DNA of 64,000 bases. Origin: Nitrospinales bacterium (GTDB lineage: Bacteria; Nitrospinota; Nitrospinia; Nitrospinales; VA-1). The notes under the pieces are model-generated. The model was given only the letters and a program-made list of their open reading frames with translations. It did not search any database and was not told the origin of the DNA. The stretch covers positions 2,464,001-2,528,000 of the forward strand of contig OZ253496.1 in assembly GCA_965262115.1 (NCBI GenBank), given 5' to 3'. A program made the position numbers and the translations under genes. Every line of letters starts with the position of its first letter. The stretch's first letter is position 1. Shown one piece after another: positions 29,548-40,298 of the stretch.

Positions 29548-31650
29548 TTATTCTTTTCTTACCATCCATCCCTCAATAAGAAGCACTCCCGCAACCATTA
29601 AAAGAAAAGGTGTGGCCAGAGGCACCCCGTCGGAGGTTTGCGGCCGGGTAGTTTGAGTTTGTGGTTCCAGGAATTCCATTTCTAGTCCCGCAAGAAAACT
29701 TTCGATTTCTTTTTGTGATATCTTTCCCGGTTCTGATTCACGGGTATCAATATTTACGGTGAAGGTTCCGGCAGACTCGGCTCCTTGAGGAAGTTTTGCC
29801 AACACTTTTTGCTCTGCGGTACCGGGTGATGAAAAAAGGTGGTAGACCCCCGGCTGAAAGGTATTACTAAAGATATCTTTTTCCAAAAGGTGCAGGGTTC
29901 CATCTGGTGTGCGAACGATCCATCTGCTTTCCTGGGTGCTTTGGTGGAAAGGTTCTCCCACCAACAAGTTCTGCTGGGAGATATTTTCCAGTCCTCGGGC
30001 AGAATATTGAGTCCACCGCTGGATCCAGGGTAAATAAGTCGGTTGAATCGGAAAATCGTTCCAATCCCTATCCAGTGAACTCAAAAACACAACAACAATT
30101 CCTTTTCCCGTCTCAGATTCAATCACCGCAGGATGCTGGTTTGAAAACCAGGTTCCTACTTTGAATTTTTTACCCTCCCTTGCTTGCACGGTATAAATGG
30201 AATAAAAATTGATTCCCCGCATTTCCTCAAGTGTTTTGGGTGAGAAAGCCTGCATGACCGGGTGAGTGTTATTTTTTAATAGAAGGTGCAGGGTCCCTTC
30301 CTGGGTATGGTATTGGGAATCCAGTTTGACAGGAAGGAGGTTTCCCAGACGCTCATTGAAATACTTGGCGTTTACCTGATCTCCCATTCCGAACAACAGG
30401 GCACCTCCATTTAAAACAAATTTTTCCAGCTCCAATTCATAGTCTGGGGGAAGTTCGCTCACGTTCGCTAGAATAACGACCGCAAAATCGGACAGGTTTC
30501 GTAAGAGGAGTTCACTAAGAGTGGAGACAGTAGGGTCGATATGTGACAGGGACACTGAAAAAGGATTGAGGGCGCGTTCAAGATAAAAAGATTCGCTTTT
30601 ATGCGAAATGGTCTCCGGGTCTCCATCGACCACCAGGACCTGTATGTTCTGACTAGGATGAAAAGGAAAATATCGGGAATTGTCGGCCGATAATGCGTCG
30701 TCAGAGATTTGTACTTTTCCATTCAGAGGCTGGTTTCTTCTTAAAGGATAAGAAAATTCCTGCACTAGAGTTTGCCCGGGTGGGATATCGATAAGTTCTT
30801 CCTTCACGAGTTTTCCTTCGAGAAAAAGAGAAAGGGGCATCCGGCTCACTGTGCTGGAAAAATTTTTGATCTCCGCTTTCACTCTTAATAAACGGCTTCG
30901 GGTGAGAAACTCCTGAGCTACCTGGACGCTTTGAACCATTCCCTTATTGTTATCAGACTGCAGTTGTGAAAAATTTAACACTTGAACCAGGTAGGGTGAT
31001 AAATGTTCGACCTCGGAAAAGGATTCTTCCTTCCAGCCGTTTTTATCCAGGTCGGTCAGCAAAAGAATTTTCTTTTTCTTTTGTTTGGCAGATTCAAGTA
31101 GCTTGATCGACTTGTCTATAGCTTCTCCGATATTGGTGGTGCGGTAGGAGGCCCTTTGAGCATTCAGTTTATTTGTGAAAGTGGATTTGTCGGAAGTCCA
31201 GTTCTGCTCGACACGGGCTGGTAAAGACGCGAGAACCAAGCTGAATTCGCTGTTTTCGGGGGCCTGCTGGAGCCCTTTAGAAACATACTCCAACGCATGA
31301 TCAAAAAGTGTTTTATCTTTAGACCGGGTTCTCATGCTATAGGAATCGTCCAGAATAAACACGATTGACGCTGGGGAGGTAGAAAGAAACGCTTCCGATT
31401 GCCTGAATGAAAATAAAGGGTTGGCCAGGGCCAGGCTGAACAAAACGATAGCCAGGCAACGGGCCAGAAGTAATAACATCTTGTTGGGTCGAGATTTTCT
31501 AATCGAGCGTTTTTGCGATTGCGCAAGCAGATAGACTGCGGAAAACCGGATTTGTTTTTGTTGCCTCTGGATCAAAAGATGGATCAGAACTGGGATGGAA
31601 ATTCCAAGCAGGCCAAACAAAAACATTGGAGAGGAAAAATTGAGGCTCAT
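29548..31650 (-). CDS. BatA-domain / vWA membrane protein
   Basis: PVLIHL..LANP N-terminus, DDSYSM MIDAS motif, LLTD, C-terminal TM. Confidence 0.85.
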   Translation of the reverse strand: MSLNFSSPMFLFGLLGISIPVLIHLLIQRQQKQIRFSAVYLLAQSQKRSIRKSRPNKMLLLLARCLAIVLFSLALANPLFSFRQSEAFLSTSPASIVFILDDSYSMRTRSKDKTLFDHALEYVSKGLQQAPENSEFSLVLASLPARVEQNWTSDKSTFTNKLNAQRASYRTTNIGEAIDKSIKLLESAKQKKKKILLLTDLDKNGWKEESFSEVEHLSPYLVQVLNFSQLQSDNNKGMVQSVQVAQEFLTRSRLLRVKAEIKNFSSTVSRMPLSLFLEGKLVKEELIDIPPGQTLVQEFSYPLRRNQPLNGKVQISDDALSADNSRYFPFHPSQNIQVLVVDGDPETISHKSESFYLERALNPFSVSLSHIDPTVSTLSELLLRNLSDFAVVILANVSELPPDYELELEKFVLNGGALLFGMGDQVNAKYFNERLGNLLPVKLDSQYHTQEGTLHLLLKNNTHPVMQAFSPKTLEEMRGINFYSIYTVQAREGKKFKVGTWFSNQHPAVIESETGKGIVVVFLSSLDRDWNDFPIQPTYLPWIQRWTQYSARGLENISQQNLLVGEPFHQSTQESRWIVRTPDGTLHLLEKDIFSNTFQPGVYHLFSSPGTAEQKVLAKLPQGAESAGTFTVNIDTRESEPGKISQKEIESFLAGLEMEFLEPQTQTTRPQTSDGVPLATPFLLMVAGVLLIEGWMVRKE

Positions 31651-32555
31651 AATTTGATGAGGCTTTTACGCTTGAGTAAATAGTAACTCAAGGCTTGATC
31701 CAAAGGCCCGGAGGTGTCGAGGAAAACATAATCCACTCCAAGTCCAATGCAGTCTTTTTTGAAGAAGTTTATATGATCCTGAATCATATTCTGGTATTCC
31801 TCGCGGATGTCCCGCGGGTCGAGTCCTATCGTTGGGTCCTCTTCCAGCGATTCGAACACCATATCTCCTTCAAAGGGCAGGTGAATTTCATCAGGATGTA
31901 AAACGTGGAATAAAATAACCTCAAGCCCTCTTGAGCAAAGGAGTTTTAAGCTTTTCTGCAGGTCCTGGTTCTGGATAAAAAAATCTGAAACCAGAATGAG
32001 CATGCTCCTTCTTGGGAGTATTTCAGCCAGACCTCCTAGGACATCAGCGATCTGAGTTGTTCCATGTGGTGAAATATTAGCCAAACCATGCAAAATATGC
32101 TGAAAATGAGAAGCTTTGGAACGAGGCGGAATATGCTCAACAACCTGGTTGTTAAACAGGGTCAGTCCCACCGCGTCAAATTGTTTCAAAAGCAGATAAG
32201 AAAGTGCCGCGACGAGGTTGCGGGCATACTCCATTTTAGAGGCATGCCCATTTAGCGGAGACTGATAGTTCATCGATCCGCTCGCGTCCAGCAAAATTGT
32301 GCATTTCAGATTGGTGGATTGCTCAAATTGCTTAACATGATACTTGTCAGTTTTGCCGACAACCTTCCAGTCGATATGACGGATTTCATCTCCTGGAGAA
32401 TAATCCTTATATTCCGCAAACTCCACCGAAGACCCTTTGTGGCGACTGCGGTGTCGCCCTGTCAGCAGTCCTTCCACTAGATTCATGGCGGTCATTTTCA
32501 GGGTGGAAATACGGGAAAGGACTTGAGCGTCAAACTTTTGTGCTGAGTTTTCCAT
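31647..32555 (-). CDS. DUF58 protein (MoxR-associated)
   Basis: GSSVEFAEYKDYSPGDEIRHIDWK, LDASGSM. Confidence 0.9.
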   Translation of the reverse strand: MENSAQKFDAQVLSRISTLKMTAMNLVEGLLTGRHRSRHKGSSVEFAEYKDYSPGDEIRHIDWKVVGKTDKYHVKQFEQSTNLKCTILLDASGSMNYQSPLNGHASKMEYARNLVAALSYLLLKQFDAVGLTLFNNQVVEHIPPRSKASHFQHILHGLANISPHGTTQIADVLGGLAEILPRRSMLILVSDFFIQNQDLQKSLKLLCSRGLEVILFHVLHPDEIHLPFEGDMVFESLEEDPTIGLDPRDIREEYQNMIQDHINFFKKDCIGLGVDYVFLDTSGPLDQALSYYLLKRKSLIKL

Positions 32556-32607
32556 AAATTTGATTGCAGTTGGAAATAACTATTTTTATATTGTCGCACA
32601 AATTGAG

Positions 32608-32812
32608 AGGCGATTGGGCAAGGGCTTTTTGGCCGAGATAACTCTTTACCCCTGCGGAGCACGAAAACTGAGGAAATACCCGTGCCGGGCATGAAGTTTA
32701 AGGAAGAGGCCATCACAAATATCACGTGCTCGCCAGTAAGAGCTATTTACCCTTTCGGGGCATGAAATTTATGGAAGAGGACATCACAGCTACTGGCCCC
32801 GCGCCTAGCGGC
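32608..32812 (+). repeat. Family-A copy carrying three B elements (one nested in another)
   Basis: B at 32647-32726 containing B at 32677-32717; B at 32748-32788. Confidence 0.9.
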
Positions 32813-32914
32813 GGAGAAACCTCCGCCGGTAATGCCCGTGTCTTTTTGTAGCCCACAATGGGCTCGAGGCTTAATGGGCCATTGCCCATTGCCTCCACGG
32901 CTAGTGGCGGTGGG

Positions 32915-32942
32915 TTGACATTGGGAGGAAGCCTTATAGAAT
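32915..32942 (+). promoter_or_regulatory. Sigma70-type promoter of the M1 peptidase gene
   Basis: TTGACA-16-TAGAAT. Confidence 0.55.
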
Positions 32943-32968
32943 GATCTTTCACTTTAAACAACATATCT

Positions 32969-35581
32969 ATGAATTCAGTTCGATATTGCAAATGCCATTT
33001 TCAAAATGGCGAGTCCGAGCACTGGGGTATCTTGGATCGCAAGGCCTTTGCCCAAAAGGGGGCGAAAGCACATTTTGCTCCGGACACTCCTTTGCTCCCC
33101 CAGCACCTTTTGCTGGACCTGCATTTTGACTGGGAAGAGGAGCGGGTCTGGGGAAACACCACCTATGACCTGATGGTCAATGGCCATGATGTGCGGGAAA
33201 TCGTGTTTGACGCTGCAAACCTGGAAATAGAGCGGGTGATGATGGGCCGTCGCACGTTAGCATTTGAAAATACCGGCGACCAGATAATCGTGTCACTGGA
33301 TAAGGCTCTCAAATATGGAGGGACCGTGCAGGTGAAGCTGTTTCATTCGGTCACCCGGCCCCCGGCAGGAGTTTATTTCACCAAACCGGATGAGGCTTAT
33401 CCGGACCGGTTCAAAACGGTCTGGACCCAGGGGCAGGATGAGGACTCCAAATATTATTTCCCCTGTTTTGATCAGCCAAATTTTAAACAGACCACCGAGG
33501 TTAAGTTGCATTTGCCCAAGGGAATGTTTGGGTTGTCCAACGGTCGTCTTATTAAAAAGAAGGAAAGCGCCGGGGAATCCTTTTACCACTATAAACTGGA
33601 AATTCCTTACTCGACCTATCTTCTCTCTATTGTAGCCGGGGAGTTTTCCGGGCATGAGAGTCGTATTGGGGGAGTTGATATCAAATGGTATGTTCAAAAG
33701 GGCCGGGAACAAGAAGGCAGGAATGCTTTTAAGGATACTGGAAAAATCATCCGGTTTTTTTCTGATTATACCGGTTACCCTTATCCCTATAAACACTATA
33801 CCCAGATCGCGGTTCCCGAGTTTATTTTCGGAGGCATGGAAAATTTCACCGTCACCACCCAGACGGACCTGACACTTCATGACAACCGAGCCAGACTGGA
33901 TCTGGACTCTAATGGATTGGTTGCCCACGAAGCCGCCCATATGTGGTTTGGCGATGTGGTCACCGCGAGAAGTTGGTCGCATGCATGGTTGCACGAATCG
34001 TTTGCCACTTATTTTGACGCACTCTACACGCGTGAGTCGAAGGGCGAGGGTGAATTCCGCTATCAATTACTGGAAGATGCGGAAACTTATTTCAGTGAAG
34101 ATGCCCACTACCGCCGTCCTATCGTGACCCATATTTATAAAGAACCTATCGATTTGTTTGATGCCCATCTTTATCCGGGAGGGGCGGTGCGACTGCATTA
34201 TTTGAAATCTCTTGTCGGAGAACCTCTGTTCCGCAAGGCCCTGACCCGGTTTCTCAAGCGTCACGAATATGGGCTGGTCGAGACGGTGGATCTGGTACGG
34301 TGTCTGGAAGAGGCCAGCGGAAAAAATTTCGATGAATGGATGGATCAATGGATTTATCGCGGTGGTTATCCCATGCTTGAGATCGGTTACCAATGGGGGG
34401 TGTCAAATCTGGCGGAGATAACGGTAAAACAAACTCAGAAAGCCGAGAAAAAAGAAGGGGCGCTGTTGTTCAAATTCCCATTGAAGATTGAGTTCTATTA
34501 TTCCAGGGGTAGTGAAAAGTTTTCGCTGGAAATTAAAAACAAAGAAGAGAAGTTCAGCTTTCACCTCAAATCCAAACCGCTGTTTTTCAGGCTGGACCCG
34601 GATTACGAGTGCCCGGCTAAAAAAGTGAAGTTGGAAATTTCCCGCTCCCTTCTGCACGAGCAGTTGAAGCGGGATAAGGACCCCATAGGGCGTATCGAAG
34701 CGGCCCAATCCCTTGTTGTCAAGGCCTCACAAACTGACACCAAGATGCTCAGCCTGTGTCTCAAAAAAGAATTACATTGGGGTGTGTCGAATCGTATCGC
34801 CAGAGCCTTAGGTAAAATCGGCGGGGAGTTCGCTCGCGATGGATTGCTTAAAGCGGTGAACAGCCGTGACGCAAAAATTCGTCGAGGCATCATCCATGCA
34901 TTGGGAGAGTTTGTGGATGATGAAAAAGTCATCCGGGCTCTGAAGAAAATTTCCAAGGGTGATCCCTCTTACAGGGTGGAAGCAGAAGCGTTGTCCTCGT
35001 TGGGCCGAATCAAGGCGAAAAACTGTAGAACGTTTCTGGAAGGTTTTCTGGGCAGGCCATCGCATAATGATATCGGACGGTCGGCCATATTCAGAGCCCT
35101 AGCCAACCTGGAAGAAGAACAAGCGTGGGCAACGTTGATTGAGGGTGCGGATTATGGTGCTGCCCGTAGCAGTCGGTTTTCCGCTATTCAGGGACTGGCA
35201 AAACTGGCTGGGCGATTTGAACATCTCAAGCCCGAAGCCATCAATGTCCTGAAGCGGTTTGCCCGGGAAACACGGGGCACTCCCTCCGCAACATTTCGCG
35301 GTAAACTGGCCGCCATTCAGGCCATGGGCGAGTTGGAAGACCTTTCGACAATTTCCACCTTGAGGAGACTGGCTGAGGGCGAAACCGATGGGCGTTTGAA
35401 ACGGAGAGCCGAAGAAACGATTGTACGCCTGTTTGAATCGGCTAAAAAACCTGGCGAGATGAAGTTGATACGATCCGACCTCGATGAATTGTTGAAGGAC
35501 AATAAATCCCTGCGTGATCGGGTGGATATTATGGAAAAACAGAAAGACGCTAAACAAAAATCCAAAAAGAAAAAAGGATAA
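32969..35581 (+). CDS. M1 aminopeptidase with C-terminal HEAT repeats
   Basis: GGMEN, HEAAHMWFGD, LHESFATY; HEAT-like helices. Confidence 0.92.
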   Translation: MNSVRYCKCHFQNGESEHWGILDRKAFAQKGAKAHFAPDTPLLPQHLLLDLHFDWEEERVWGNTTYDLMVNGHDVREIVFDAANLEIERVMMGRRTLAFENTGDQIIVSLDKALKYGGTVQVKLFHSVTRPPAGVYFTKPDEAYPDRFKTVWTQGQDEDSKYYFPCFDQPNFKQTTEVKLHLPKGMFGLSNGRLIKKKESAGESFYHYKLEIPYSTYLLSIVAGEFSGHESRIGGVDIKWYVQKGREQEGRNAFKDTGKIIRFFSDYTGYPYPYKHYTQIAVPEFIFGGMENFTVTTQTDLTLHDNRARLDLDSNGLVAHEAAHMWFGDVVTARSWSHAWLHESFATYFDALYTRESKGEGEFRYQLLEDAETYFSEDAHYRRPIVTHIYKEPIDLFDAHLYPGGAVRLHYLKSLVGEPLFRKALTRFLKRHEYGLVETVDLVRCLEEASGKNFDEWMDQWIYRGGYPMLEIGYQWGVSNLAEITVKQTQKAEKKEGALLFKFPLKIEFYYSRGSEKFSLEIKNKEEKFSFHLKSKPLFFRLDPDYECPAKKVKLEISRSLLHEQLKRDKDPIGRIEAAQSLVVKASQTDTKMLSLCLKKELHWGVSNRIARALGKIGGEFARDGLLKAVNSRDAKIRRGIIHALGEFVDDEKVIRALKKISKGDPSYRVEAEALSSLGRIKAKNCRTFLEGFLGRPSHNDIGRSAIFRALANLEEEQAWATLIEGADYGAARSSRFSAIQGLAKLAGRFEHLKPEAINVLKRFARETRGTPSATFRGKLAAIQAMGELEDLSTISTLRRLAEGETDGRLKRRAEETIVRLFESAKKPGEMKLIRSDLDELLKDNKSLRDRVDIMEKQKDAKQKSKKKKG

Positions 35582-35585
35582 TGAA

Positions 35586-36158
35586 ATGAATAAGCCCTTT
35601 AATGATGACCCAATAGAAGTGCTGGTGAAAAAGTTTTTGACTCAGAACGGAACGGTTTTGGACTTGCGTTTGAAATATATCGGCGATGAGGGTCTGGAGT
35701 ACCTGGCTCAGTGTCCGGAGTTGGTCGACCTGGAAGTGCTGAACCTGGAAAGAAACGAAATCACCGACAAGGGAGTCCAGGCGTTGGCCGACTCTTCCAT
35801 CATCACGAACCTGAAGGAATTGCACCTGGAAAGAAACGAAATCGGCGATGGCGGAGCCAAAGCCATTGCCGGTTGTGCAAACTTTTCCTACCTGAACTTC
35901 TTGAACTTCTGGAAAAACAAAGTGGGGGCTGAAGGAGCGCAAGCCATTGCCAGCTCCACGATTCTGGTTAATTTAAAAAGCCTTGATCTGGCTCAAAATA
36001 ATATTGGCGATGAGGGTGCCAAGGCCCTGGCCGAAAGTGATACTTTGGCTGGACTGGAGTTGATCGAAATAGTTGGCAGTGGCCTGACCGATGAGGGGAA
36101 AAAACAACTCAAGGAATCCACCGCCTTTCCTAAACTTCAGACCCTTGTTCTGGATTAA
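35586..36158 (+). CDS. RNI/Gala-like leucine-rich repeat protein
   Basis: Repeated LxLxxNxIGDxGAxALA units. Confidence 0.85.
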   Translation: MNKPFNDDPIEVLVKKFLTQNGTVLDLRLKYIGDEGLEYLAQCPELVDLEVLNLERNEITDKGVQALADSSIITNLKELHLERNEIGDGGAKAIAGCANFSYLNFLNFWKNKVGAEGAQAIASSTILVNLKSLDLAQNNIGDEGAKALAESDTLAGLELIEIVGSGLTDEGKKQLKESTAFPKLQTLVLD

Positions 36159-36277
36159 ACGGGTTGGTTTCTAAAAAAACTGATTAGCTTGGATGCTTTT
36201 TGACCAAGTATTCATGGTAATTGAAAATGGGTGAAATCCCCAGTATTTGCTCATGACTGTTACCCCCAGATGGTGCG

Positions 36278-37573
36278 TTAAGAACCCTTTAAAATATTCA
36301 ATCTATTTTTGAGGGACTGGCTCCAGGCGGTATTGCGGGTATTCACTGTTTCTTCGGCTTGTTGTAGGATGGGTTTTAGGCGTTCGGTATCTCCAAGTTG
36401 GTGGTAGGTTTCAGCCAGATCTATCAGGATATGGGCCTCCTCCTTCCGGTTCTCGACATATTTTGCGGTGGCGAGGCTCTGGACGAAAAATGCCGTTGCC
36501 GATTCCCATTGCCCCAGTTTCCTGTAGTTCAGGCCGATGCCTACCAGCAGTTCCAACTCTTTGTCGTGGTCTTTCTGCCGACGATAACTCTCCAAAGCAT
36601 TTAAGTAACAGTCGATGACTTTTTCAATTTTGTTTTGTTTGACGTAGACGAATCCGAGCCCGTTAAAGGAGCTACCAATGAAAGCGCTGTAGCCATTTTT
36701 TGTGGCGAGAGTCTGTTGTATTTCAAAATATTTTCGAGCCTGGTCGAGATTTCCAGATATGGCGTACGCATCACCAAGGCTGGCAAGTAGTCCGCATTGC
36801 TCTTCTTTGTCGCCTAGCTCTTTTGTGATTTCAAGTTCCTGGAGAAAATAAGCAATGGCTTTTTGAGTCTGCCCTAATCGGGTATAGGCCAGCCCGAGGG
36901 CGGAGATGGCATTTTTTTCGGCTTGTTTGTCGGAAACGGCACGCGCTTTTTTGAGGAAAATAGTTTCGGACTCCACCACCATCCGTAAATCAAGTGCGCT
37001 GGAAGATTTGAGATCGGAGGGTTTGCCGGGCTTGGCATCGTAACCTGCAAGTCGCTGAAAACTTTCTTCAACAGACAGAGACATTTTCTCTTCTACCTCC
37101 CTTTTAAAGTTCAGCTCCTCCTCAATATCTTCCAGAAACTCCTCCAGGTCTTCTTGTAAAAACGCGCTTCTCAATTTATACGATTTAAAATCACTAAGAT
37201 GTTTTAACGCTTCATTGCCACTTTCCGGCAGTGTTGCTCCATCAAGCAGTAAAGAGATAATTATGATGTCTAAATTTATTGCGGAAATGATTTCAAAGTT
37301 AATTCTATCGCCTTGAATCGATCCGTCAATAGTCAGGGCAGAGTGTTCTGAGTAGGACTCTTTGTTGCCGATTACAATAATCAATGCATCACAAAGGGAA
37401 AGGTTTTCGTAGAGGGTGGGGAGTCCATTCGGATTTTCCAAAAATATACATTGACCCTCCAGAGATAACTGGCATTCCCCGATGATATTCTGAACTGTGG
37501 TTTTTAATCTGGGGTCGGTTAGGCTGAAATAAAGAGTTGGCATGTTGGGGATTTTTTTACTAACCCGTGCCAA
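36278..37573 (-). CDS. TPR protein with a TIR-like N-terminal domain
   Basis: CDALIIVIG..DRINFEIISA..IISLLLDGATLP; 40-aa TPR repeats. Confidence 0.7.
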   Translation of the reverse strand: MARVSKKIPNMPTLYFSLTDPRLKTTVQNIIGECQLSLEGQCIFLENPNGLPTLYENLSLCDALIIVIGNKESYSEHSALTIDGSIQGDRINFEIISAINLDIIIISLLLDGATLPESGNEALKHLSDFKSYKLRSAFLQEDLEEFLEDIEEELNFKREVEEKMSLSVEESFQRLAGYDAKPGKPSDLKSSSALDLRMVVESETIFLKKARAVSDKQAEKNAISALGLAYTRLGQTQKAIAYFLQELEITKELGDKEEQCGLLASLGDAYAISGNLDQARKYFEIQQTLATKNGYSAFIGSSFNGLGFVYVKQNKIEKVIDCYLNALESYRRQKDHDKELELLVGIGLNYRKLGQWESATAFFVQSLATAKYVENRKEEAHILIDLAETYHQLGDTERLKPILQQAEETVNTRNTAWSQSLKNRLNILKGS

Positions 37574-38016
37574 TGTGAAGGGGTATCGATTTTAGTTAAT
37601 TTTAGAAGTACGTTCAGTCGTCCTTTTTGAACAGTTCCTTCAACCGGGCCTGGCAACGGAGTTCTCGGGTCAACTCTATCATGATTTTCTCGTTAACGCT
37701 TAAATTCTGTATGCTGGCTTTAGAGAAATAATGGGGAAACGCTGCCCACAGGCTGGGGAGATCCCGGAATTCGTTGTAAGTAGTTAGACGGTCCTGCCTG
37801 GCTTAATCTGCTTTTTCTTGTGTAGCCCATAATAACACCTAAATGGCGTTAGCTGGGGCAGCCCCAAAAATTTCATTGAACCGTTGTTTTTACATTTTGA
37901 GCCGGTTTTCCAACCAGTTTCGCAAGATTTTGTGAATTGATGGCGTGGCGTACTTTGGGACGTGAAAGCCGTGCAAGGTGGGAGGAGAGAGAAACTGCTG
38001 ATTTATAGCGGTGTCT

Positions 38017-40128
38017 TTAAATTATTTCCATCAACTCCATATAGTTACCCATGAAGTTTTGCAGGACTTTATGCAACGGTTGGTGTTTTGGGTCTGTGAT
38101 GTCGGGGTCCTGGTCAATGAGATGAAAGGCTTCTTTGCGGGCTATTTCCAGCACCCGGATATCGCGGAGCAGGTTGGCGATTTTTAAAATAGGCATCCCC
38201 GATTGCCGGGTGCCCATAAAATCTCCGGGGCCGCGGATTTTTAAATCCTCTTTAGCGATGACGAATCCATCGCCGGAGTTTTGCATGGCTTTCATCCGAG
38301 CCTGTCCTTCTTCGGATACAGGATGGTAGGCCATCAGCAGACAATGGGAGGCGTGGTTTCCTCGGCCCACACGTCCGCGTAGTTGGTGCAATTGGGCCAG
38401 GCCGAACCTTTCGGCATGTTCAATAATCATAACCGTGGCGTTGGGAACGTCGATGCCCACCTCAATGACCGTTGTGGAAACCAGAACCTGAATTTCTTTT
38501 TGGAGGAACCGGGACATGATATCCTGGCGATCTTCTTTTTTAAGTTTTCCATGAATCAGGCAGGCGGTGAAATTTGGAAAGCGTTCCTGGATAAAATCCA
38601 AAACCGTAACAGCGGCTTTTAGGTCCATGACCTCCGACTCTTCGATTAAGGGACAAACCACAAACGCCTGTCTGCCTTGTTGCAACTGTTCTTCCATTAT
38701 GTTGTAGGCTTTTTCCCGCCGGTTCTCAAAAAACAGGTCGGTAGCAATTTTTTGCCGCCCTGGTGGACACTCATCTAAAAGTGAAACATCCATATCTCCG
38801 TAGAGGGTGAGCGCGAGGGATCTTGGGATGGGTGTGGCTGTCATGATGAGAAGATGCGGATGGTCGCCTTTTTTGCCGATGGCTTCTCTTTGCATGACTC
38901 CGAATCGATGTTGTTCGTCAATCACTGCCAACCCGAGTTTTTTAAATTGAATATCTTTTTGAATCAGGGAGTGGGTTCCAACAACAATGTGTGTTTTTCC
39001 GGTCCGTACATCTTCAAAATGGCTTTGCTGTTCTTTGCCTTTGAGCGCGCTGGTTACCAAGCTGAGTTTGATGCCCAGTTTTTCACAGAAGGGGTGGATA
39101 TTTAAATAATGTTGTTCGGCAAGAATTTCTGTCGGAACCATTAACGCAGATTGCGTTCCGTTATCCACAGCTGTCAACAGGGCGATAAGAGCGACAATGG
39201 TTTTGCCGCTCCCGACATCTCCCTGAATCAGTCGGTTCATGGGTTTCTCTTTTTCCAAGTCTTCCATAATTTCACCGAGAACCCTTTTTTGTGCTCCCGT
39301 CAAGGTGAAGGGCAAAAGCTTTGCAAACTTCTTGATGAGTTCTCCGCGGGTTTTAAAGGAGGTCCCTGTGCTCTCTTCTCCCACACGGTTTTTTTTAAAG
39401 GCCAGGGCCAACTGGATCAGGAACAGTTCTTCAAAGACCAGACGCTTTTGCGCTGGGGTCTGAAAGGCATCCAACTCTCTCAGGCAGGAACCTTGTGGGG
39501 GAAAATGAGATTGGGCAAGAGCCTCTGACCGGGGAGGTAAATTATGACGCCGAACCAGGTCATCGGGAAGAAACTCCTCGATCAGATGCAGGTACTTATC
39601 GAGCACATTTTTTATAATGGTGCGCATGGACTTGAGGTGTAGCCCATCGGTGACAGGGTAAACGGGGACAATCTTGCCGATTTCAAGAGATCTGACATTT
39701 TCTCCTGATACTTGCTCGGTATCCGGGTGGATGATCTCCAATCCGGAACGTTTGTTGATAGTAGGTTTTCCTGAAAGAATGATTTTTTGCCCTGTTTTAA
39801 ACTTTTCTTTCATATAAGTTTCGTTAAACCGGAACCATTTGGCTCGGACGATTCCTGTCTCATCCTGAACGATGACTTCAAATACCCTTTTTCGACGTCC
39901 CATGAACATTATTCCGGCATTCAGGACTTCTCCTGTGAGTGTGACATATTCACCGGGAACAGCTTGGGAGATTTTTTTGAATTGGGTCCGATCTTCAAAG
40001 CGGAAAGGCAGGAAATAAAGGCAGTCTTCAATGCTTGTTAGACGCAATTTTTCAAGAAGAACCGCTTTTCTGGGGCCGACCCCTTTTATGAATTGTATGG
40101 GATCGTCCAGGGAAGGTGTGTGTTTCAT
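38017..40128 (-). CDS. recG: ATP-dependent DNA helicase RecG
   Basis: QGDVGSGKT, DEQHRFG, MTATPIPR, QLRGRVGR. Confidence 0.97.
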   Translation of the reverse strand: MKHTPSLDDPIQFIKGVGPRKAVLLEKLRLTSIEDCLYFLPFRFEDRTQFKKISQAVPGEYVTLTGEVLNAGIMFMGRRKRVFEVIVQDETGIVRAKWFRFNETYMKEKFKTGQKIILSGKPTINKRSGLEIIHPDTEQVSGENVRSLEIGKIVPVYPVTDGLHLKSMRTIIKNVLDKYLHLIEEFLPDDLVRRHNLPPRSEALAQSHFPPQGSCLRELDAFQTPAQKRLVFEELFLIQLALAFKKNRVGEESTGTSFKTRGELIKKFAKLLPFTLTGAQKRVLGEIMEDLEKEKPMNRLIQGDVGSGKTIVALIALLTAVDNGTQSALMVPTEILAEQHYLNIHPFCEKLGIKLSLVTSALKGKEQQSHFEDVRTGKTHIVVGTHSLIQKDIQFKKLGLAVIDEQHRFGVMQREAIGKKGDHPHLLIMTATPIPRSLALTLYGDMDVSLLDECPPGRQKIATDLFFENRREKAYNIMEEQLQQGRQAFVVCPLIEESEVMDLKAAVTVLDFIQERFPNFTACLIHGKLKKEDRQDIMSRFLQKEIQVLVSTTVIEVGIDVPNATVMIIEHAERFGLAQLHQLRGRVGRGNHASHCLLMAYHPVSEEGQARMKAMQNSGDGFVIAKEDLKIRGPGDFMGTRQSGMPILKIANLLRDIRVLEIARKEAFHLIDQDPDITDPKHQPLHKVLQNFMGNYMELMEII

Positions 40129-40186
40129 GGCCCCAATATTAACGTGCAAGTCGTGTGGGAGCAAGGAGTTCTGTTGCGATTGAGCG

Positions 40187-40215
40187 TTGACAGAAAAATT
40201 TTGTGGAAGTATCCT
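40187..40215 (+). promoter_or_regulatory. Sigma70-type promoter upstream of relA/spoT
   Basis: TTGACA-17-TATCCT. Confidence 0.6.
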
Positions 40216-40298
40216 TAACTCAAAGGTTTATCCTTTTTTCATCGACCTTTTTGCGGACCTCTGGTCGAGTAGAAAAAAATGGAGGTTTCATTCCTGCT

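Noticed and set aside
32743..32991. Short ORFs over repeats (also 6862-7161, 8160-8348, 15688-16078, 61956-62141)
   Set aside because: They overlap A/B/C/D repeats or real genes and show no protein-family features.
37600..38000. ncRNA or small gene in the long intergenic gap
   Set aside because: No recognisable RNA motif, convincing RBS/ORF or stable structure was seen by eye; an Rfam search would be needed.
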